A stretch of 64,000 nt of DNA, taken from the NCBI GenBank assembly GCA_041390865.1, contig JAWKPC010000009.1, positions 4,933-68,932 of the forward strand, given 5' to 3'. Source of the DNA: Thermomicrobiales bacterium (GTDB lineage Bacteria; Chloroflexota; Chloroflexia; Thermomicrobiales; CFX8). The notes below the pieces were generated by a model that was given only the letters and a program-made list of their open reading frames with translations, searched no databases and was not told the DNA's origin. A program made the translations under genes and the position numbers. How positions within the stretch are numbered: the stretch's first letter is position 1; each line of letters begins with the position of its first letter. Below, piece after piece: positions 20,932 through 28,939 of the stretch.

Positions 20932-21258
20932 ATGGAACAGCTAGCATGGGTAGTTCATCGCTGCGAGAGCGAGCGCGCGAGCAGCGAGCCTCCCCGATGG
21001 GTCGAGTACGAGGCTACCTTGCCAGCATCCACCGGAGATCTGAGCGTCAGGGAGCTCGATGTCCTCGAGCTCGTGGCGACCGGCAGGACCGACGCCGAGA
21101 TTGCGGATAGCCTCTCGATCAGCCGCCGGACGGTCGGCGCCCACATCAGCAATATGCTGAACAAGACCAACGCCAGCAATCGGGTCGAACTCGTTATCTG
21201 GGCGCTTGTCAACGGCGTCCTGATGCTGACGATGCGGGAATCACTATCGACGGCCTGA
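20932..21258 (+). CDS. LuxR/FixJ-type HTH protein (stand-alone DNA-binding domain)
   Basis: ..LSVRELDVLELVATGRTDAEIADSLSISRRTVGAHISNMLNKTNASNRVEL... The ATG at 20932 follows GGAGGGGG. The track ORF starts at 20884. Confidence 0.75.
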   Translation: MEQLAWVVHRCESERASSEPPRWVEYEATLPASTGDLSVRELDVLELVATGRTDAEIADSLSISRRTVGAHISNMLNKTNASNRVELVIWALVNGVLMLTMRESLSTA

Positions 21259-21297
21259 CTTTTCTTATCCCGAGCCCTGAATGAATCGACCATCGAA

Positions 21298-21327
21298 AGA
21301 GCCGCCCGCGCGGGCGGCTCTTTTGTG
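21298..21327. terminator. Rho-independent terminator, usable from both directions
   Basis: aGAGCCGCCcgcgGGCGGCTCtttTGTG sits between the stops at 21258 (+) and 21342 (-). Confidence 0.7.
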
Positions 21328-21341
21328 CTGTCCGACTGGGT

Positions 21342-21548
21342 TTATCCTCGTGGATGGCGGCCTTCCTGGTAGAGCCAGCGTAGGAGCTGGAGACAGCGCC
21401 AGTGGTGGTTCGTCTCGACCTCCTCGATCAGCGGGTGGTAGCGCTCACGCATGGCCACGATGCGGGTGATTTGCTCCTGGCCGAACCCCGCGCGTTCGAG
21501 ATCCTGCCGGCTGATCGTCCGCGTGGTCTGGCCGGTTCCGTTCGTCAT
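21342..21548 (-). CDS. small hypothetical protein (68 aa)
   Basis: ATG preceded by GGAGAC. Last gene of the same-strand run 23080 to 21342. Confidence 0.4.
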   Translation of the reverse strand: MTNGTGQTTRTISRQDLERAGFGQEQITRIVAMRERYHPLIEEVETNHHWRCLQLLRWLYQEGRHPRG

Positions 21549-21626
21549 GGCTGCGTCTCCAATCTCAGCTGATCTCTTGCCGCCGAGAGCGGGACAGTCC
21601 AGGCTGCCCCGTCCTCGACGATGGGT

Positions 21627-22097
21627 CTAGTAGTCGAACTGGTCGATCGGGCGATTGCCTCCCGGATAGACTTCGCTATCCGATCCCTTGTCCGGGGCGC
21701 AGAACTCCGCGATCGAGCCGGGCCCTTCATGCTGGGCCGCCGGGTCCATCGGATCCATCAGTCCCTCACCCTGACAGGTGGCGGGATAGTCCAATCCGGC
21801 GTCCGGATCGACCTCGTCAGCGGACCCTTCCGCGCCTGCCACGGTGCCGCAGTACTCGGCGACCGACTGCCCCGGGTCGAGCAACAGTTCCTGGATCTGC
21901 GTGTCCATCAAGCCTTCGCCATGACAGCGCGTCAGGCTGACGTCCGTCGATTCGGCTTCGTCATCACCGCCGGGCGTCTGGGCGGTGCCGGCCTCGCTCA
22001 TCAGTAGCACGGCCAGCAGGCCGATAAGTCCGACTGCGAGAGTTGTGGCGAGGAGTCCCCGGAGGCTCTGCCGCTGTGGTTGTGCGATCTCATTCAT
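21627..22097 (-). CDS. membrane-anchored/secreted protein with an internal Cys-pair repeat
   Basis: AAGGAG lies 10 nt before the ATG. A TM/signal (LLATTLAVGLIGLLAVLL) is followed by two repeats, C(H/Q)GEGLMD..x..AE(Y/F)C. Confidence 0.6.
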   Translation of the reverse strand: MNEIAQPQRQSLRGLLATTLAVGLIGLLAVLLMSEAGTAQTPGGDDEAESTDVSLTRCHGEGLMDTQIQELLLDPGQSVAEYCGTVAGAEGSADEVDPDAGLDYPATCQGEGLMDPMDPAAQHEGPGSIAEFCAPDKGSDSEVYPGGNRPIDQFDY

Positions 22098-22127
22098 CGT
22101 CGTGTTTCTCCTTCAATATGCGTCGTA

Positions 22128-22655
22128 CTAGTAGTTCAGTTCTCCAGCGCGAAGCTGGAGGACGTCATCCGGGCTCGGGTAGTAGTTCTCGCATTGATCG
22201 AGGATCGCGAAGTGCGCAACGTCCTCGAATTCGTCCTGCCAGAGGATCTCGTCGGAGAACATGTCGAGGTCGATAACGTCGACTCCCGTTTTCTGGTTGA
22301 AGTAGGGGTCGATCCAGTCATCCTCGAGTGGCGGATCTTCCGCGTAGAAGCCGACATTCGAGGCGATCGTCCCGGCTGGTTGGGCGACGATGTCGTGATC
22401 CCAGAGGTTGTCTTCCAGGAACTGGATCGTCTTCCCGTCCAGGTTGTCCCGGCCGGCGATCTCCTCGAGCGGTGTGCGGTCGAGCATCGCGTAGCCGGCC
22501 GTGGGCTCGTACTGCATGGTTTCGATGACCTCAGGCGTGAAGGAGCGATGGTTCGCATGCTTCCCGGTAAGTCCATCGGCTCCAGCGCTGAGCGGGAGCG
22601 CGACCAGGCCGAGCGCGAGCCCGAATCCGGCGAGCGTATGTTTGAGGCGGTTCAT
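22128..22655 (-). CDS. secreted acidic hypothetical protein
   Basis: AGGAG precedes the ATG at 22653-22655. The signal peptide is MNRLKHTLAGFGLALGLVALPLSAGA. The 328-aa track ORF is an upstream extension. Confidence 0.65.
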   Translation of the reverse strand: MNRLKHTLAGFGLALGLVALPLSAGADGLTGKHANHRSFTPEVIETMQYEPTAGYAMLDRTPLEEIAGRDNLDGKTIQFLEDNLWDHDIVAQPAGTIASNVGFYAEDPPLEDDWIDPYFNQKTGVDVIDLDMFSDEILWQDEFEDVAHFAILDQCENYYPSPDDVLQLRAGELNY

Positions 22656-22927
22656 GCTAGGATCTCCTTTGAAAGTGGTTGTCGATGCGTCGATGTCCGC
22701 TGAAGATCCCCGAGCGATGCGGTCCCGTTCAGCTGGTGTGCCGCGTTGGTCGGGGATTCTGCGCTCGTGCTGTCCCAATAGACGGCTCCTTTCCGCTCGT
22801 TGTGAATATCGGGGTGAAGCGAGCGCCCGCAGGATCGGTGTGCGAGCGCTCGAACCGGATAGCGGCTGGGCCGGGGAATCACCCAGCTTCCCCTGTTGCG
22901 GCCAATCGCGGTTCCCGCCGGGGCTCG

Positions 22928-23080
22928 TTATTGAGCCTGCTGCCGAGGCGGACGAAAACGTCCCACCGGCCGGCGAATGTTGATGTCCTGACCGACGAAG
23001 ACGCGTGCCTTCCGGTCTCTCTCGGCCGCGCGAAGAGTCATTCCTGCGGAGCTCGGCTTCGCGTTCGATAGGTGGAACAT
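22928..23080 (-). CDS. 50-aa ORF with strong RBS (hypothetical)
   Basis: GGGAGG lies 5 nt before the ATG (23078-23080). The product is MFHLSNAKPSSAGMTLRAAERDRKARVFVGQDINIRRPVGRFRPPRQQAQ*. It sits about 40 nt downstream of the site B promoter candidate. Confidence 0.35.
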   Translation of the reverse strand: MFHLSNAKPSSAGMTLRAAERDRKARVFVGQDINIRRPVGRFRPPRQQAQ

Positions 23081-23125
23081 GACAGCCTCCCTTCTGACTG
23101 CATGGCATCGCCATGTCCTGATCAG

Positions 23126-23193
23126 AGAATAGGAGGCCGGCTTAGCCCGCACTTAGGCGGGCAAGCGGCGTCTTCTTAGCGTTGGACTAAGAA
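23126..23193 (-). promoter_or_regulatory. Site B: CTAAG-type heptads plus a -10-like hexamer downstream of the LanC-like gene
   Basis: Read on the minus strand: TTCTTAG (23193-23187), tccaacg, CTAAGAA (23179-23173), then CTAAGTG (23156-23150), then 11 nt later CTAAGCC (23145-23139), a 7-nt spacer, and TATTCT (23131-23126). Confidence 0.35.
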
Positions 23194-23358
23194 CGTGGGA
23201 GTGCCTTACGAAGAAAGAGTCGAGGCCATATTTATGTCATCTTGACCGAAGCGGAGCGAAGTCGAAAAATCTCCATAAATCCTGGATGCTTCCCTGGAAA
23301 GGAGTCTTCTTCCGGGACCGTCTCGACGGGCATTGCTTTCGGATCTGCTCCAACATCC

Positions 23359-24640
23359 TCATCCGTGGAGCAAAATCGACGGCAGCGCAGGATCCGCCAA
23401 CCGCAGGTAGAACCGCGCGATCCCGGCCAACCCCAGCATCAGATTCGGCGTCCAGCCGCTGTGCGTCCACAGGGCCAGTCTCGCTCTTCCGGCCCGTAGA
23501 TCCTGATCCCGGCCTCGGCGACCGCCCGGCCAGTTTCCCGAAGCGCTCGAATCCCTCACCCAGCATCTCGCTGCCGAGTGCGAGGATCTCAGCGTTCCCG
23601 GCCAGTCCATGGCAAAGTGAATAGTTAACCGTCCCATCCTCCAGCCCGTTGATGACGGCTTGTTGGGTGGTATTCAGCGCGGTGATCGCCTCGTCGCGAT
23701 AGCGATCGTCGCCGGTCAGCTCCCAGGCACGCAATCGGGATAGGGCGATGCCTGGTGCGCCGTGGCACCAGAACGTGGCATAGGGAAATGGCCCGTCAGG
23801 GCGCTCATCGAGATCATCGACGGTGCGGAAATCCGGCCAGTTGCACTCGTCCGGGTCGAACCAGCTCCGCTCGAAATCGAACGCCCGGGTCGCAACATCG
23901 TGGAATGGCTCATCACCGGTCGCCTGCCACAGTTCGAGCAGCGCCATCCCGATCCCCGCCGCGCCGTGGGAGTAGCCGGTCAGGTTCGGGCTATCCGGCA
24001 GTGCGATCGATGGCCAGGAGCAGCCCCGCTCATTGCACTCCGCCGCCTCGACCAGCCGCTCGCCGAGTCCAGTGGCCCGGTCGATCAGCGCCGGTTCATC
24101 CAGCATCTCGCTCAACCGCAGCAGAGCAATGACGGCGCCGGCGCTGCCGCTCAGCAGATCGTGCTCGTGATCTTCGGTGAGGTCGGCGTCGAGGGTGTCG
24201 AGTAGATTACGCGCACCGGAAACGATATCTTCAGCCTGCAGGAGCCGGCCAACCCGCGCCGCAACGAGCGCCAGTCCCGGCCGGCCGGTATAGAGCCCCA
24301 ACTGGACGGGCGCTTCGATGACCTCTGCCCGTCCCAGCGCCTGCCGGATCGCGCCGAGCGCCGTCTCCCGCGCCTTCTCATCACCCGTCGCCACGGCCAT
24401 CTCGGCCAAGAACAGCGCCACTCCACTCGACCCGCCATACGGCTCCGGCCCGAGCGAGCTATAGGTCATCCCCTGATGCGCCGGCGCAGTCATATCCCAG
24501 GCTCGACCCCAGCCAGTTGCACCAGCCTTCGTGCCAGAACGCTTCCCCGATGATCTCCCGGCCAATCGCCCTCGCGACCTGGAGATACTCATCCGTCAGC
24601 GCTTCCCGGTACCGGCAAGGCGGTGCCGTGCCTCCCCGCC
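23359..24640 (-). pseudogene. LanC-like lanthionine cyclase, frame-disrupted (at least 3 frame changes); 5' boundary with the HopA1-like gene unclear
   Basis: ORF 23237..24592 carries GSSGVALFLAEMA, FWCHGAPGIALSRL and SLCHGLAGNAEIL. The family C-terminus WTPNLMLGLAGIARFYLRLADPALPSILL is in another frame (ORF 23359..23637). The N-terminal ..EYLQVARAIGREIIGEAFWHEGWCNWLG is in a third frame (about 24490-24600). Confidence 0.75.
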
Positions 24641-25752
24641 GTCCGTCTCGTCAAACGTAAAATCGTAATCATCGACCGAACCGGGTTCAGATACGGCCGT
24701 TCCGGATCGATCCCCGCCTCCTCGAACGTCTCGATCACCACCGCCAGCCGATCCTCGACGGTCTCGGCGCCCTGCTCCCAGCCCCGCACCAGTCCCTCGG
24801 CCAGCAGCCGGCAGCGGTGCATCCCGAAGCTGTCGCCTCCCGGCGGATCCTCGGCTAGCCCGACTCCCGGCGCGATCCGCTTCGTCAGCGCCGGAACCGG
24901 ACGCTTCAAATCGTCGCGCACCTCGCGGTAGACCTCCGCCAGCAGCGGCACGGCCCGATCGAGATCATCCTTTAATAGATAGAGCACACCCGCATCGCAG
25001 CGGTTGTAGCGGTCCGGGTGATTCACCACCTTCAGCCGGAAGGGCACCTTCGCCCCGTTCAGCCGCCCGGTGATCCCTTGAACCAGCGTCGCCGCACCCC
25101 AGGAATAGAGGTTCCAGTACACCCGCACGACCAGATCAGCCGCGTCATACGGCTCATCGCTCAACACCGTATAGAACCCCGGCGAGATCGCCGGCAGCTC
25201 CTTCGGGAGCTTCAGGTCCACTTCCTCCCCGACCCCCGGCAGCCCATCCCCGCCGAAGACGATCTCCTCCGGCTTCGCCCGTAGCGTTAGCCCATCCCTC
25301 CGAATTGCCAGCTCGACCCCGCCATCATCACCATCCCGATGCTCGACAAGCAGCCACCCCGCTTGCCGCGTTCCATTCCCGGCGTTCGCCGCCGACAGTT
25401 CATCAACAAACTCCGGTAGCCCGTTCGCCCGCGTCGACCCCGCATACGGCGCCCGGCTCGGCCTGGCCCGCCCGGCCTGGTAGAAATCTTCATACAGCCG
25501 GTTCGTTAGCGTCCCTCCGAGATGCCCCCGCGCCGCATCCGGCCGGATCCGGAAGATAGGCCGCACGTGCTCCTGCACGTTCGACGACACCGCCCCGAAC
25601 CAGGTGAATTGAATTGCTGAGTTTTGAGAAGTGGAATACACAGTCTCACGAAGACGGGCGACGGGCTCATCTATCAACGCCTTAGCCGTAGCTAATACGC
25701 CTTCCACCTCTGTCATTTCGAGCGGAGGCTTTGCGGAGTCGAGAAATCTCAT
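24589..25752 (-). CDS. HopA1-family protein (candidate phospho-Ser/Thr lyase component)
   Basis: 387-aa ORF with a family-like core (..VVRVYWNLYSWGAATLV..FRLKVVNHPDRYNRCDAGVLYLLKDD..). The last 30 or so codons look off-frame. An alternative frame reads ..PYLNPGSVDDYDFTFDE. Confidence 0.7.
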   Translation of the reverse strand: MRFLDSAKPPLEMTEVEGVLATAKALIDEPVARLRETVYSTSQNSAIQFTWFGAVSSNVQEHVRPIFRIRPDAARGHLGGTLTNRLYEDFYQAGRARPSRAPYAGSTRANGLPEFVDELSAANAGNGTRQAGWLLVEHRDGDDGGVELAIRRDGLTLRAKPEEIVFGGDGLPGVGEEVDLKLPKELPAISPGFYTVLSDEPYDAADLVVRVYWNLYSWGAATLVQGITGRLNGAKVPFRLKVVNHPDRYNRCDAGVLYLLKDDLDRAVPLLAEVYREVRDDLKRPVPALTKRIAPGVGLAEDPPGGDSFGMHRCRLLAEGLVRGWEQGAETVEDRLAVVIETFEEAGIDPERPYLNPVRSMITILRLTRRTAGRHGTALPVPGSADG

Positions 25753-25867
25753 GCGACCACCGGAGGGGCGTTCACCCGAGATCTCTCCACTCCGCTTCGC
25801 AAAGCCTCCACTCCAGTCGAGATGACAATGTTGGTGCTTGGTTCGTCTTCAATGTTGAAAGCAAAGA

Positions 25868-26767
25868 TCACGTACCCGCTCCGTCCGGCAGCGGAATCCC
25901 GAACAACCCCTCCGCCGCATCCTCCGGCGCTTCCATGATGTTCAGGCTTAGCTGCAACAGCAGATAGATGTGCGGCGTTAGATGGGTCATCGTCTGGGTC
26001 CGCTCGTAGGCCGTCTGGATCAGCCGCGCCCCGGCGAAGCTCACCGACTTGATCGGCCGCTCCCGCGCCTTCGCCTGGTCGAACTCCATCGCCTCGACAT
26101 AGCTCTCCCAGAGAGCGCGGATCGCTGGCTGCATATCTTCGATCAGGTACTTCGCCAGTCCCTCGTACGGTTCGCCGCCAACGACCGGAATCGACAGCGC
26201 CCAGAACGCCACGAACTCGCTCAGCAGTGTCCCGACGTCCCAGCACGGATCGCCGATCCCCGCCATCTCCCAATCGATGATCTTTACCTCCGTTGGCCCC
26301 GTCTCCTCCTTCGGATACACAAGAATGTTGTCCCACTTGAGGTCGTGGTGAATCCGGCACCGGGAAGACCACCAGCTTTGAAGCGACCGAAGCTGGTTGA
26401 TGAGTGCCTTTGATATCTGAACTTCCCCGATCATTTGCTGGCTCCCGGCGCTCGCAAGGTACATGAAATGAGCCCGCGGTTGGCCCAGGTCAGTGGCCAT
26501 GGGTATGCGTCTTGTTCGTCATCCCACGGGGCGTCGGAGTGTAGTCGTGCCAGGACTTTTCCGAGATCGGCTGTGATTGAGGCGCCAGATGAAGTGGGGC
26601 CGAGGCGGCCCGGAAGGTTAGGCCGCCACCCTATGTCGATCGAATGTACCGTTGGAAAGTACGCCGAACTGTTCGTCCGTATGAATCAGCCATACGTCGT
26701 TATGCGATGAGTAATCGACTGCGGATATCGGACCTCGGGCAACAGCACCGCTGAATTGGAATCGCAC
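25868..26767 (-). pseudogene. APH/choline-kinase-type phosphotransferase (candidate lanthipeptide kinase), at least 2 frameshifts in the N-lobe
   Basis: The C-lobe is intact in ORF 25868..26500 (RIHHDLKWDNILV, IIDWEMAGIGDPCWDVG). N-lobe pieces lie in two other frames (..VDYSSHNDVWLIHTDEQ.., ..ADLGKVLARLHSDAPW..). A candidate GTG start is at 26765-26767. Confidence 0.7.
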
Positions 26768-26780
26768 CCCAGAAGAGGCT

Positions 26781-27648
26781 TTAGCACGGCGAGTTCGTTG
26801 AGCTATACGCCTGTTCCGAATCCGTGTCGAAGATCGTGTTGACGAAACCACCGACATTGGACTCGATGTCCTCAATGCGCAGTCGCTGGGCGATCTGCCC
26901 GCGGATGAATGTCTTGGCCGTCTTCGACCGGACGTGCTTGACCTGCGCGCGTGCGCGCACCCATACTGTTGTCCGTCCGAGCGGTGCATACCCATCAGCC
27001 AGGCCCGGCTCTTCGTAGACAACGTGCAGGACGTCCTTGTTCTGTATCTCGAGCCATTCGGATAGATCAACCTTGATGAAGAGACGGCAGATTCGTTGGT
27101 CGGTGAAGCGCCCGTCTGCGATCAGGAAATCATCTTTGTCAGCTTTGCTGAACTTTCCGAAGACAGAGCAGACCTCCTAGCCACCTCTCGAGCTTACCTT
27201 TTGCATCAAGTTGTTCGCTTGCGGCTGAGGCGGCATTGGTCGCCTTTTTCAAGTTGCATGTTGCTTTATCCCACTCACATGTTTTCGTAAAATCGATTTC
27301 TCCGACAAGCCACTCTTTGAACCAGTCGACTCGTTCAGAGCCTCGGTCTGATCCTCAGCATCCGTCGTCTTATCCAGAGCCTTCTTTATCTTCTCTATCT
27401 TCGCTTGGGCTTCGTACCCTCCTTTGTCTTCTTGTCATCAAGACTTCCCATAAGAACTCCGCCTGCGTCTCTGTTCTTCTTGTACCAACCAGGGCCTGTG
27501 TCTTCATTGCCGTCCTTAGTGAAATGCTCGAGAATCGTTCCAACAACATCCGTCACGAGACGGTTTCCTTAACCAGATGAACTCGCCGATATCGCCGTCG
27601 TCCCACTTGTAGCCTTCGAGATACACTCCGGACACGCTCTGAAGATCA
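26781..27648 (-). pseudogene. unassigned protein-coding remnant(s), readable only by switching frame at least 5 times
   Basis: Protein-like stretches in different frames: ..AKLDDLQSVSGVYLEGYKWDDGDIGEFIW, GNRLVTDVVGTILEHFTKDGNEDTGPGWYKK, AKIEKIKKALDKTTDAEDQTEALNES, VDWFKEWLVGEIDFTKTCEWDKATCNLKK, FGKFSKADKDDFLIADGRF..TIFDTDSEQAYSSTNSPC*. GC is lower than in the flanks. Confidence 0.35.
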
Positions 27649-28923
27649 TCAAGCTTGGCGTGTTGGATGATGCGGTTGCGGTTCTTTGCGGCGCCTGAGA
27701 ATCCGGTTCCTCGTCGTAGCCTCGTCACTCTCTGCGATCTCGTCAGAGATCTTGTCCTCCAGCGCTTTGCGAAGCGATGCATCATACATGTCTGTCTGGA
27801 TCGCAGCGATTTGGTAAAGTGCTTGGGCAACGGTGACCGGATCGACGTTCTCGGCACCAGAGATACGTCCCAAGATGTTCTTCAATAGTTCATCGAGGCT
27901 TTTGGACTCACTGCCGCTCATTTGTTCCTCAACTAGGTTGTTCAATATGACATGTCCCTGTGGTCGTCCGTATCCGACTTCTCGGTTCCACCTCCACTTC
28001 TTGTTCGGGACCCGCACAAACCGGTAGCCCGACAACTTGACGCAGGAACCTTCGATCAGGTCACGAACCTGCTGGTTCGTCAGTTCCGGCCGGATGCCGA
28101 AAATCAGTGCCGCCAGGCCGACCTGCAGGCTGGCGATTGATGTGCCAGCCGACCGGTCGAATAGCTGCCGGGCAGGTCTCCACTCGGACCGCGCTCGTCG
28201 AGCGATCTGACGCCGACGCCGCGTGCGACGACATCGAGATCGTTGCCGTACTGGCTACCCCAATCCCTGGGAAGCCTCGGGTCCAACTGCTTGCGCCGTC
28301 CGCGACGATCGATGGCCCCGACCGCCATGACCTTGGGATGCCGGGCCGGAAAATCAACCCCGGAAGGGTAGCGTTTCAGTAGTTGCCCGCTGCCGCACGG
28401 AGAACCAGTCCGGAGTCCCAGGCGCGCTCGATTGCCCGATGCATCTCGGGCGTTTCGGCGACCTTCAAGCTGATGTTGATGACTCGTGCGCCATGTGCAA
28501 TTGACCAGAGGATCGCGGCGGCGACCCAGGCCGGCGACGGATTTCGTTCGCCGCTGACCTTTACCGGCATGATTGGAAAGCCAGGGGCAGTACTGTCCAG
28601 GACATGCTGCCGGGAATCTCGCTGAATCCCCGCTGCAGCTCCGCGACGCTCGTTCCGTGTGGTTTCGATCTGAGCCGGTAGCTCGCGTCGTAGTTTGGCT
28701 GGTGGGAAGCAGGCCGGGATCTGTTTCTGCGACGCTGCTCGTATTCCTCGGCATTGAAGTGAAGTGAGCGGTCGACGTAGTTGAGATTGGGATGATGGAG
28801 ATCAAAGCCTGAATCGATGACCGCGATGATTGCTCGCTCTTTCCCAGGCATCTGGATGTCCGGGAGAGCGCTCCACGGTTTGGGCCCCTCTGGTGTTCTG
28901 CTCTGGCAATCAAGTCGGTTCAT
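27649..28923 (-). pseudogene. S8 (subtilisin-like) serine peptidase without signal peptide, at least 3 frameshifts
   Basis: Catalytic motifs are spread over frames. AIIAVIDSGFDLHHP (Asp) and HGTSVA (His) are in ORF 28561..28923. AAAGNY (Asn) is in 28376..28570. VMAVGAIDRRG..YGNDLDVVA is in 28104..28913. AGTSIASLQVGLAALIF (Ser) joins ORF 27649..28035. The start lies 16 nt after the SARP gene stop. Confidence 0.7.
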
Positions 28924-28939
28924 CTCCTCATCGTGGTTT

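Noticed and set aside
22928-23080. The 50-aa ORF downstream of the LanC-like gene as the lanthipeptide precursor.
   Set aside because: It contains no cysteine, so it cannot form lanthionine rings. It is kept only as a hypothetical small ORF.
24589-25752. HopA1-family protein as evidence for a type III secretion effector or pathogenicity island.
   Set aside because: No T3SS genes are nearby. The flanking APH-type kinase and LanC-like genes fit the lyase role this fold has in class V lanthipeptide systems much better.
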